A stretch of DNA of 64,000 nucleotides from Candidatus Latescibacterota bacterium (GTDB taxonomy: Bacteria > Latescibacterota > UBA2968 > UBA8231). This document shows, piece by piece, positions 29,809-37,749 of this stretch. Each line of letters opens with the position of its first letter. The first letter of the stretch is position 1. Location: the NCBI GenBank assembly GCA_963422735.1, contig OY730476.1, forward strand, positions 1,440,001-1,504,000, in the 5' to 3' direction. The notes beneath the pieces were generated by a model. It was not told the DNA's origin. It made no database searches and saw only the letters and a list, made by a program, of their open reading frames with translations. The translations under genes and the position numbers were made by a program.

Positions 29809-30612
29809 ATGCGCATCATCCGCTTTATAGACGCTGACGACGCCGTCTGTTGGGGCCTTGAAGCCGAGGGAAGTCAAGCCTCCGTACTCACCGGCGATCC
29901 CTTCAAAGACCTAGTGCCCACGGGCGAACAGGTGGTCGTCAAAAGGCGACTCGCCCCGCTCGCCCCGACCAACATTTTCTGCATTGGGCTAAACTACCGA
30001 GAACACGCAGCCGAATCCGGCCTTGCGCCGCCCGATCAGCCCGTAGTTTTTGCCAAGCCCACAAGCGCGGTCTGCGGCTCGGGAGACGCGATCCTGCTGC
30101 CAGCCTGCTGTCGCCGCGGCCCGGAAGTTGACTACGAGTGCGAGCTCGCGGTGGTGATCGGCAAGGCCGCCCGCAACGTGGCTCGGGCCGACGCCCTCAG
30201 CTACGTATTTGGATACACGTGCGCCAACGATGTCTCGGCCCGCAAGTGGCAGCTAAACGGCGGCGGCGGCCAATGGATCCGCGGCAAGGGCTTTGACACC
30301 TTCTGCCCTTTGGGGCCGGTGCTGGTCACAGCCGACGAAGTTCCCGACCCGCAAACCCTCGGAATCCGCACGATCCTCAACGGCGCGACTATGCAAGACC
30401 ACACCACCGGCGACATGATCTTCACGGTCGCCGAGCTGATCGAATTCCTCAGCCAAGATACGACCTTACTGCCGGGCACGGTCATCCTCACCGGCACCCC
30501 GCAGGGCGTGGGTTTTGCGCGCAAACCGCCGGTGTGGCTCGCGGCCGGCGACGAGGTAATCGTGGAAATAGACCAGATCGGCCGGCTGCAAAACCCGGTG
30601 GAAGCGGCCTAG
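29809..30612 (+). CDS. Fumarylacetoacetate hydrolase family protein
   Basis: ATG at 29809 with AAGGAG RBS; CIGLNYREHA, DYECELAVVIG, NDVSAR, GKGFDTFCPLGP, TGTPQGVG. Confidence 0.92.
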   Translation: MRIIRFIDADDAVCWGLEAEGSQASVLTGDPFKDLVPTGEQVVVKRRLAPLAPTNIFCIGLNYREHAAESGLAPPDQPVVFAKPTSAVCGSGDAILLPACCRRGPEVDYECELAVVIGKAARNVARADALSYVFGYTCANDVSARKWQLNGGGGQWIRGKGFDTFCPLGPVLVTADEVPDPQTLGIRTILNGATMQDHTTGDMIFTVAELIEFLSQDTTLLPGTVILTGTPQGVGFARKPPVWLAAGDEVIVEIDQIGRLQNPVEAA

Positions 30613-30615
30613 CGT

Positions 30616-30936
30616 TCACGCTTCCTTGAACATCCCGAACGCAAAGGCTTCGGGTAACTCCTCGAAGATGATCTGCCCCCCATCGTCGGTCTCCAACAAC
30701 TGGGCCATGTAGTCGTACCACTTTTCCAAGATGGGAACTTGGCGGCTCTTGAGCCAGTCTTCCTCGGTGGGGGCAACCGCGTGGATGACGAGGTGTTCGC
30801 CCAAGCGGTAGATGGCCATGCTGACCTCGTTGTCGGTCATGCTCTCGGCGATTTCGGGCCACAGGTCGTCGTGGGCCTGTTTGTACTCGGCGTACGCATT
30901 GGGGCGCAGCCGCATGGCCAAGCCAATCGAATGCAT
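30616..30936 (-). CDS. L-rhamnose mutarotase (RhaM)-like protein
   Basis: MRLRP...EYKQAHDDLWPE, KWYDYMA. Confidence 0.8.
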   Translation of the reverse strand: MHSIGLAMRLRPNAYAEYKQAHDDLWPEIAESMTDNEVSMAIYRLGEHLVIHAVAPTEEDWLKSRQVPILEKWYDYMAQLLETDDGGQIIFEELPEAFAFGMFKEA

Positions 30937-31503
30937 AATGATCTCCTTAGACTTTAGGGAATTCGCTCCGTTTTGACGCAGATGGCGAAGCGGATTGATA
31001 AATATGCGGATTGATCAAGAGATATTCAGAAAATGCCGTAACGTTCTTTTTTTTCTATTCTTAGGCATTTTTTCCTTGACAATATATCACCTTAAAAGTG
31101 AAACTAAAAGGCAGTCAAAAACCGTGCAAGCAAACTGCACATCACCATAGAGAAGGAGGGCCTCGAAGAATGATTCTCTTCGCACGTCGATTCTCGCGTA
31201 TTCTCAAGAGCCAACTCCCCGATGGGAGCGGCCATACGGTCCCAAACATGCGGGCTACGAACTGCATCCGCGCGTTGCGCGTTCGTCCCAAGCCCTAGGA
31301 TATACGCACGACTCTTCAGGTTGCGTACATCGGCTGGCTAAAACACCCAGCCGAATCGGGGATTCACCTCGCATTCGCAATGTAATCGTCTCAGGCGATT
31401 GGCTGCGCGTGCCAGGGCTTTCCCACGGGGTTTTCGGGATAGCGCTTTCGATAAGGAGGGCACTTTTGCGTCCCGGAAACCGGCGATACATCGAACTCGA
31501 TAC

Positions 31504-31526
31504 AGCCGCTTTCCAGCGGCTTTTTT
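31504..31526 (+). terminator. Terminator-like hairpin upstream of the small HTH gene
   Basis: AGCCGC-TTTCCA-GCGGCT followed by a T run. Confidence 0.5.
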
Positions 31527-31614
31527 GATGGCCGTGGCGCAAAAATGCTGCGGCTTTTTTCGTTGAATTTCGTCGAACTTCGCACCAATTGAAGATCTGG
31601 AGAGAAAACAACCC

Positions 31615-31869
31615 ATGCGCAAAATCGAGCCAGAACGCATCAAGCGCGCGGCGCGCATCTACGCGAGTAACCAAGAAGCCAGCCGCGCGCTGGGTATCGC
31701 CCCGGGCAGTTTCAGCCGGCTCTGCCGGCTCTACAACATCGAAACGCCCTATGCGCGCAAGCGCCGGCGGCGTGAGGAGTTCTTCCGCCAGCGCAACGCC
31801 GATCTCTTAGACATCGACATCGACCTGCAAGAGATGGAGGCGATAGAGGAGGTACTCGACCTCAACTAA
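31615..31869 (+). CDS. Small putative HTH DNA-binding protein
   Basis: GGAG RBS; NQEASRALGIAPGSFSRLCRLYNI resembles a Fis-type HTH; basic then acidic tail. Confidence 0.65.
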   Translation: MRKIEPERIKRAARIYASNQEASRALGIAPGSFSRLCRLYNIETPYARKRRRREEFFRQRNADLLDIDIDLQEMEAIEEVLDLN

Positions 31870-31894
31870 TAGGCATCGCATACCGCGCTCGGCC

Positions 31895-31940
31895 AGCGGG
31901 GAGCTGGTGGACTTTTCGTCCGCTAGCTCCCCGCTTTTTT
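31895..31940 (+). terminator. Rho-independent terminator
   Basis: AGCGGGGAGCTGGTGGAC-TTTTC-GTCCGCTAGCTCCCCGCT-TTTTT. Confidence 0.9.
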
Positions 31941-32036
31941 ATTGCAAGCGGTGCGCGACGAGTCTTTTGAGGGCAATTGAGGGCAGTTGAAGGGAGAGGG
32001 GTAGCGCGAATCTATGTTGAGGGGTTTTATTTTTGT

Positions 32037-32235
32037 TAGGACTTACGCAATCACCATGCGTATAGCCGGAGCTTTGAGTTGTTGTCGCAAATAGTCCGAC
32101 AACAACCCGTGCTTGACCTGATAAATGGTTTGCCCTGTTTGAGAGGCCACGTGCTCAAGTCGAATCCAAACTAACAACGCACACCCGATACGATTGCGCA
32201 CAATGCGTACCAATCGACATTGACACCGTTCAAGG
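32037..32235 (-). mobile_element. IS701-family transposase remnant (C-terminal part) with terminal IR
   Basis: CQCRLVRIVRNRIGCALLVWIRLEHVASQTGQTIYQVKHGLLSDYLRQQL; IR TAGGACTTACGCA at 32037-32049. Confidence 0.8.
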
Positions 32236-32410
32236 GCAGCACAAATTTTCCAAGGCTGGTCTTGGGTCCATGATATCCCTCCATTATTTGGTTGTTTGGA
32301 GAAAAAAAAGGACACAAGGCCAGTCTTGTTTCAAGTGGTATGGGATAATCTCAGGTTACGACCGAAAATTCGCATGTAGTATAATCAGACAACAAGAGAG
32401 GAGGGTGGCC

Positions 32411-32620
32411 ATGCTCTGCTCCACGCCGGCTGTCAAGTTCACCTATGAGGACTATCAGCACACCCCGGATGACCAGCGCTACGAGTTATTGGACGGAGAA
32501 TTGATCATGGCCCTCGCGCCCAACTTAGGACATCAGCGAATTAGCACCCAATTGGGATGGCGGCTCGCTCAATTCGTGGCGGAGAGGGGGCTAGGCGAGG
32601 TCTTTTTCGCCCCCTGCGAC
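32411..32620 (+). pseudogene. Uma2 (DUF820) family endonuclease, truncated
   Basis: KFTYEDYQHTPDDQRYELLDGELIMALAPNLGHQRIS...GEVFFAPCD, then unrelated sequence. Confidence 0.8.
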
Positions 32621-32724
32621 GAGGCATTCAAAAGAGAGCCGCTGATCCGATTAGAGGGCGGGTGGGCCGATCTAAAAGAGCTTGAGAGCGTGGATGTCTC
32701 ACCCGCTCACTCGCTGTCCAAGCA

Positions 32725-33070
32725 TAAAAAAACCGGCCCCTTTTTTCGCTGGGGCCGGTTAATCCAAGAAACGCGCATGCTGCTGGTAGAAGGCTTTGAA
32801 ATTACGATAGGGGGACTGATGAACCAAATCAACAGCGTCATGCTCTCGCTCAAACAGAGTTGACCCGCCCGACGACGCTGCCCGGTCGTGAATTGGTGGC
32901 GTATCCACGGCTCTTCAAAGGCTTGGCAAAAGTCATCGATTTGGCAGAACAATTCGACTCAATTCATCGCGAGGGCTCCTCGATGGCTAGGCTTTATGGT
33001 GGGCATACCTACGTTTAGCCAAAAAGGAGTCCCGCTGCTTCCATCGCTTTTTAGGGCCGGTTTTTTTGGT
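32725..33070 (-). mobile_element. IS982-family transposase remnant (5' part)
   Basis: ELFCQIDDFCQAFE...RRRAGQLCLSESMTLLIWF, then after a frameshift HQSPYRNFKAFY. Confidence 0.8.
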
Positions 33071-33086
33071 TGATGGCAACAGGCAA

Positions 33087-35699
33087 TTAATTCCCCGGAA
33101 TCCTGAGCAGGCGCGCACCAATAGTATAGCTGCGGGAGTCGGGCGAGTGGAAGTGACGATACGCCGACCGCACGCCGTTGAAATGGCCGAAGTGGCCACC
33201 CCGGATGACGCGACCAAGGCCGGATGTAGGCCCCGGGGGATCAACCTGAGGTGAGCTATTATAATAATCCTCGTCATACCAATCCTGAATCCACTCCCAA
33301 ACATTCCCGTGCATATCATACAAGCCCCAAGGATTCGGCTCCCTACCACCTACCGCTTTCGCTCCTTCATTAGGATAATTATTACCATGATACCACGCAT
33401 AATCCGTCAGTAGGCTCTCGTCATCCCCAAACGACCACCGCGTCTGCGTCCCCGCCCGACACGCATACTCCCACTCCGCCTCCGTCGGAAGACGATACAA
33501 TTCCTCGCCCGCTTCCGCATTCAGACGACCGATAAACTCATGCACTTCATCCCAAGAAATAATCACCGCCGGATGAGATGAATTTGCCTCAACTCTGGCT
33601 CGACCAGACCAAGGCTCTTTATCCATTACCGCCTTCCACTGACCCTGCGTGATCTCATATTTCCCCAACCAAAAACCACGACTAATCTCCACCTCATGCA
33701 CCGGACTTTCATCTTTCCGACCCGTATTCGACCCCATCTGAAACACCCCCGGCTCGATCCACACAAACTCCATTGACGCACCCTCCAGCAGCGAAAACGT
33801 ACGCTCTTCCCCCTCCGCCCCAGTACCAGAGTCATCCGCCCCAGTACCAGAGTCGTCCGCCCCAGTACCAGAGTCGTCCGCCCCAGTACCAGAGTCGTCC
33901 GCCCCAGTACCAGAGTCGTCCGCCCCAGTACCAGAGTCGTCCGCCCCAGTACCAGAGTCGTCCGCCCCAGTACCAGAGTCGTCCATCACATAAATCTCAA
34001 GATTGCCGCCGCGATTAAAGGCGATTTGGGCACCATCGGGAGACCAAGCAGGCTGCACACCTTCGGTTAGCCGCTCCTTATTTGAGCCGTCCACGTTCAT
34101 CACGTAAATGCCGCGGCTACCAGACGAGAAGGCGATTTGGGCACCATCGGGAGACCAAGTAGGAGTCCGATCATCACTACTATTGTAGGTTAGCCGCTCC
34201 TTATTTAAGCCGTCCTTATCCATCACGTAAATCTCATAATTGCCGGCGCGATTAGACGAGAAGGCGATTTGGGCACCATCGGGAGACCAAGCAGGCTGCA
34301 CACCTTCGGTTAGCCGCTCCTTATTTGAGCCGTCCTTATTCATCACGTAAATCTCATAATTGCCGGCGCGATTAGACGAGAAGGCGATTTGGGCACCATC
34401 GGGAGACCAAGCAGGCTCCTTACCTTCGGTTAGCGGCTCCCCATTTGAGCCGTCCTTATCCATCACCTGAATGGTGGTGACGATGCTGTCGCCAGACCGG
34501 AAGCTGCGCGAGAAGGCGATTCGGAGGCCATCGGGAGACCAAGCAGGCAGATCATCCGTAAATTCTTGGTTGGTTTCGGTTAGCCGCTCCTTATTTGAGC
34601 CGTCCTTATCCATCACGTAAATCTCATAATTGCCGGCGCGATTAGACGAGAAGGCGATTTGGGCGCCATCGGGAGACCAAGCAGGCTCCTTATTCGCGGC
34701 TTGGTCGGTTAGCTGGATACCTAAGTCGTCCGAAACCCGTTTCCCGCTCGCTATCCTTTGACCGATCCCCGCAGGCAGTGCCCCATCCAACGGATTCGAT
34801 ATATACCTCATAATCACCAGCACGTCAGTCTCATTGACTTCCCCATCGCCGTTGACATCCCCCAAGAGAATACTGCCGTTGTTCGGCATTGCAATAGACG
34901 GATTGGAGCTGTACATCACTGCGAGCATCGCGTCTTCCAGAACCACCTGCCCATCGTTATTCACATCCCCCAAAATTTCCCCTGCCAACACTTTGTCTCT
35001 CGTCAATGGTGCCGCATCCACTACCAACTCTACCTCTGCCATCCCCACTCGTACTCCAAAAGCTGCATCCGCGTAGGTCGTCAAGCCCTCGCCTGAAACA
35101 ACGAGACCATATTCCTGCTCCGCCGCGTCCGTGGACATAGTCGCCGCTGTCGAGGAAGCCTCCGCCACTATCCCCGCCTGCCCGTCAATGAGCACCATCC
35201 GCTGGGTCTGCCACCCTCCACCCACTGTCAACCGATAGAAATACACCCCAGCGGCCATCGCCTGTCCCGCCGCATCGGTCGCGTCCCACTTCGCCGCGTG
35301 AAAACCGGCCTGCCGCTCCGCGTCCACCAGCGTCGCAATATGCTGTCCCAACACGTTAAACACATCGAGCCGCACGTGCGTAGCCATGGGCAGTTGATAG
35401 GGGATCACGGTCGAAGGGTTGAATGGGTTGGGGTAATTCTGTCCTAGGGCAAATCCCTGCGGCAATGCCGGCCCGCCCAACGACGCCAGCGGCACCGCGA
35501 AATACCCGGACTCATCGGTCATCGCCCGTGCCACCGCGCCTTGATGCAAATCAGCCAAGTCAAAGAGCGTCACTTGTGCCCCGGCCACTGGCCGTCCATT
35601 GGCAAGCCGCACCTGCCCGGAAACAGTGGATGGCTGCGCCGTATGCGCTTGAACAGGAAGCATCAAGCCCATCAGAAATACTATTAGAAATCTCATCAA
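33087..35699 (-). CDS. Secreted multidomain protein: FlgD-Ig/T9SS-CTD-like + dockerin-like + TolB-like PD40 repeats + DDSGTGA linker + FGE-sulfatase (SUMF1) domain
   Basis: Signal peptide; LGQNYPNPFNPST...GVYFYRL; GDVNNDG/GDVNGDG; repeated PAWSPDGAQIAFSSNR; RLPTEAEWEYACRAG, NPWGLYDMHGNVWEW. Confidence 0.9.
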   Translation of the reverse strand: MMRFLIVFLMGLMLPVQAHTAQPSTVSGQVRLANGRPVAGAQVTLFDLADLHQGAVARAMTDESGYFAVPLASLGGPALPQGFALGQNYPNPFNPSTVIPYQLPMATHVRLDVFNVLGQHIATLVDAERQAGFHAAKWDATDAAGQAMAAGVYFYRLTVGGGWQTQRMVLIDGQAGIVAEASSTAATMSTDAAEQEYGLVVSGEGLTTYADAAFGVRVGMAEVELVVDAAPLTRDKVLAGEILGDVNNDGQVVLEDAMLAVMYSSNPSIAMPNNGSILLGDVNGDGEVNETDVLVIMRYISNPLDGALPAGIGQRIASGKRVSDDLGIQLTDQAANKEPAWSPDGAQIAFSSNRAGNYEIYVMDKDGSNKERLTETNQEFTDDLPAWSPDGLRIAFSRSFRSGDSIVTTIQVMDKDGSNGEPLTEGKEPAWSPDGAQIAFSSNRAGNYEIYVMNKDGSNKERLTEGVQPAWSPDGAQIAFSSNRAGNYEIYVMDKDGLNKERLTYNSSDDRTPTWSPDGAQIAFSSGSRGIYVMNVDGSNKERLTEGVQPAWSPDGAQIAFNRGGNLEIYVMDDSGTGADDSGTGADDSGTGADDSGTGADDSGTGADDSGTGADDSGTGADDSGTGAEGEERTFSLLEGASMEFVWIEPGVFQMGSNTGRKDESPVHEVEISRGFWLGKYEITQGQWKAVMDKEPWSGRARVEANSSHPAVIISWDEVHEFIGRLNAEAGEELYRLPTEAEWEYACRAGTQTRWSFGDDESLLTDYAWYHGNNYPNEGAKAVGGREPNPWGLYDMHGNVWEWIQDWYDEDYYNSSPQVDPPGPTSGLGRVIRGGHFGHFNGVRSAYRHFHSPDSRSYTIGARLLRIPGN
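33814..33981. repeat. 21-bp coding tandem repeat x8 (DDSGTGA)
   Basis: TCCGCCCCAGTACCAGAGTCR x8. Confidence 0.95.
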
Positions 35700-35716
35700 A
35701 GAATCTCCCTATTTAT

Positions 35717-35785
35717 GTGAGTTCGGGTTAACCGGCTTCTAGTTGGAATCGTCCATTGCTTTTTAGGCCGGTTTTTTAGGTTGGT
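35717..35785 (-). mobile_element. IS982-derived mini remnant
   Basis: End motif TTAACCCGAACTCAC (also at 37085-37101) joined to AAAAAACCGGCC, which also precedes the IS982 remnant near 33060. Confidence 0.55.
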
Positions 35786-35992
35786 GGCAATCGGTAATTA
35801 ATCCGGAATCCTGAGCAGGGGCATAAAATGGTATAGCTGCGGGGTAAGCGAATACTCCTCGTCATACCAACTGATACGCTCCTTTTTAGGGAGATGGTGA
35901 GGGGGAGGAATGGAGCTAGATACACTAGCAGTTTGATGTAGAACGTTAAGTCCCGGCCAGACCTATTGCCCAGCCGGGACTTATCACACAGG

Positions 35993-36916
35993 TTAATCGG
36001 CGAATGTCGCCTTGATACGGCCCCAAGAGGAAGTCTCAGTGGAAGAGACAGTCTTAGCCGCCGGCTGCCAATAAGGCGCAGAATCAATCACATAAGGATC
36101 AGGGTCCATAGCCGCCCGCTGCAAAAGCTGAACGCTGTCCCAGTTAAAATCCGCGTACTCAGTCTCTATCCCTGGTTCCGCACGTGCTTGCTCATCTAGT
36201 TCGTCCACAAAACCACCACCCTCATCAGGTGTGCGGATTCTAGAAGACTTCACCTTAATCGTAAACGAAATAATGCGAGAGGGAGAAAGCGCTAGGGACG
36301 CGTCGTGGATTTCAACCAAATTCCTGAAATGCTCATAAAACTCCTTGCGACAACGCCGCTTTCTCTCATCACAGGACCGAAAGTTTTGAGTGCCAGAAGC
36401 AGTCAGTCCGAAAGGCTCGTCTCCGTCCAGTTCGAAAAACTCTCTTAGGGTCTGTGCTTGGCCAATCCTTGCACCGGTATCGTACGTCCTCCCCTCAAGG
36501 AATAGAATATTCTTGAAAAGCGAATCCTTCCTAGCCTTAGCCGGGTCCTCCACATCCTTAGCTGCACCTAAAGGAATCCAAGACGGATACCAAGAGCTTG
36601 TACCATCTCCTCGATTCCTCAGATCCTCCCTTAAGAAAGCCTTAGCTGCTTCAATCCGATCCAGATTGTCCTGAGTCACCTGATCTATTTGCCATTTCCT
36701 CGCTGGAGTAAAATCACGCTCGAAAGTCACCCAAGTTAAAGGGTCCTTCCACTTGTCTATATACTCCAACACTTCCGGCGCAAGTTGCTCATCAATAGGA
36801 TCCACCATATAGAAAGCAACCGTCTCCCAAGTCTCCTCCTGAGCGAACGACACGTTCGGAGCGAACAACATGCAAAGAAAAAGGGCAACCATTCGGCCCC
36901 CGTTAAACGTAGCCAT
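35993..36916 (-). CDS. Secreted hypothetical protein with C-terminal SWGRIK motif
   Basis: GAGGAGG RBS before ATG 36916; signal peptide (VSFA-QEE); ends TETSSWGRIKATFAD; lower GC. Confidence 0.75.
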   Translation of the reverse strand: MATFNGGRMVALFLCMLFAPNVSFAQEETWETVAFYMVDPIDEQLAPEVLEYIDKWKDPLTWVTFERDFTPARKWQIDQVTQDNLDRIEAAKAFLREDLRNRGDGTSSWYPSWIPLGAAKDVEDPAKARKDSLFKNILFLEGRTYDTGARIGQAQTLREFFELDGDEPFGLTASGTQNFRSCDERKRRCRKEFYEHFRNLVEIHDASLALSPSRIISFTIKVKSSRIRTPDEGGGFVDELDEQARAEPGIETEYADFNWDSVQLLQRAAMDPDPYVIDSAPYWQPAAKTVSSTETSSWGRIKATFAD

Positions 36917-37082
36917 TGTTAGGCCTCCTCTAAGTCTTGCCAATAAGTGATTTTCAAGTAATCACCCTTTGGCGGTGTGATTGCCCATTTCAACCGATTA
37001 CTGAAACAGGCGACGAAAAATGCATTTGTAACCAATGGTGCTAGCAGCATAATTTTATTTTGAGGGGAGATGGGGGATAACG

Positions 37083-37101
37083 TAACGTGAGTTCGGGTTA
37101 A
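37083..37101 (-). mobile_element. IS982-type terminal IR remnant
   Basis: TAACGTGAGTTCGGGTTAA, the same motif as 35717-35731. Confidence 0.5.
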
Positions 37102-37265
37102 GGGCCTCCTTTTTAGCTGCACTTGTAGGAAGTCCACTACACTGTACTACGACTGTCTAGCCATTGAGGCGTACAGACGAATCCCTCGCAGCGAAATCCA
37201 GCCCTACGACGTCCCCCGCCGACAGCAGCTAGAAATGCCGAGGATAGTTTCCGCTTATACGTAGG

Positions 37266-37356
37266 ACCTATCCCCCCCGGCCTCCTTGCCGACGCGGTAA
37301 GGAAGAGCGGTAGCCGTTCCCCCTTCCTGGGAGGAAGAGGGGCTAGGGGGGTAGGT
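37266..37356. repeat. Intergenic palindromic C/G-rich repeat element
   Basis: Outer IR ACCTATCCCCC...GGGGGTAGGT with internal CCTTCC/GGAAG hairpins. Confidence 0.5.
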
Positions 37357-37390
37357 TGATGAGCGCTAGAACTTAGTGCTCGAGAAGAAT

Positions 37391-37414
37391 GGGGGGGGGG
37401 GGGGGGGGGGGGGG
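37391..37414. repeat. Poly-G tract (24 nt)
   Basis: Read directly. Confidence 0.9.
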
Positions 37415-37749
37415 TAACTTGTTGTTTTTTAACGACTTACGGCAATAAAATTCGACAACATTTTCAAGCATAGAACAAACCATCCCAGCAAGCGCCGCTC
37501 CCTGCGGTGGTATTCTTTCTAATTCTGATATTGAATTTGTGCCCATGCCCTGTTCATCCTAAAACGTTCCGCAATGTGTGAATTAGATTTTATAGCCTTC
37601 AAAACGAGATGTCAAGCAAAAGTTTTCCCAACCGCGAAATTCCTCTTACAATATATAGCCAATATAGCCGCCATGAACAGCGGCAGTTACAAGACGGGGA
37701 CATACCCGACCAAACGGTAGGTTCTTAGGCACTAAAAAAGGAGGATATC

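Noticed and set aside
32270-32863. 197-aa ORF as a real gene
   Set aside because: It is a chimera of upstream spacer, Uma2 fragment and antisense IS982 sequence.
33814-33981. CRISPR array or non-coding repeat
   Set aside because: Spacer-less 21-bp units in frame within a CDS.
35752-35875. DGR template repeat for the FGE (C-lectin fold) domain
   Set aside because: Differences from the gene end are not adenine-specific and include large deletions; no reverse transcriptase or Avd gene is in the window.
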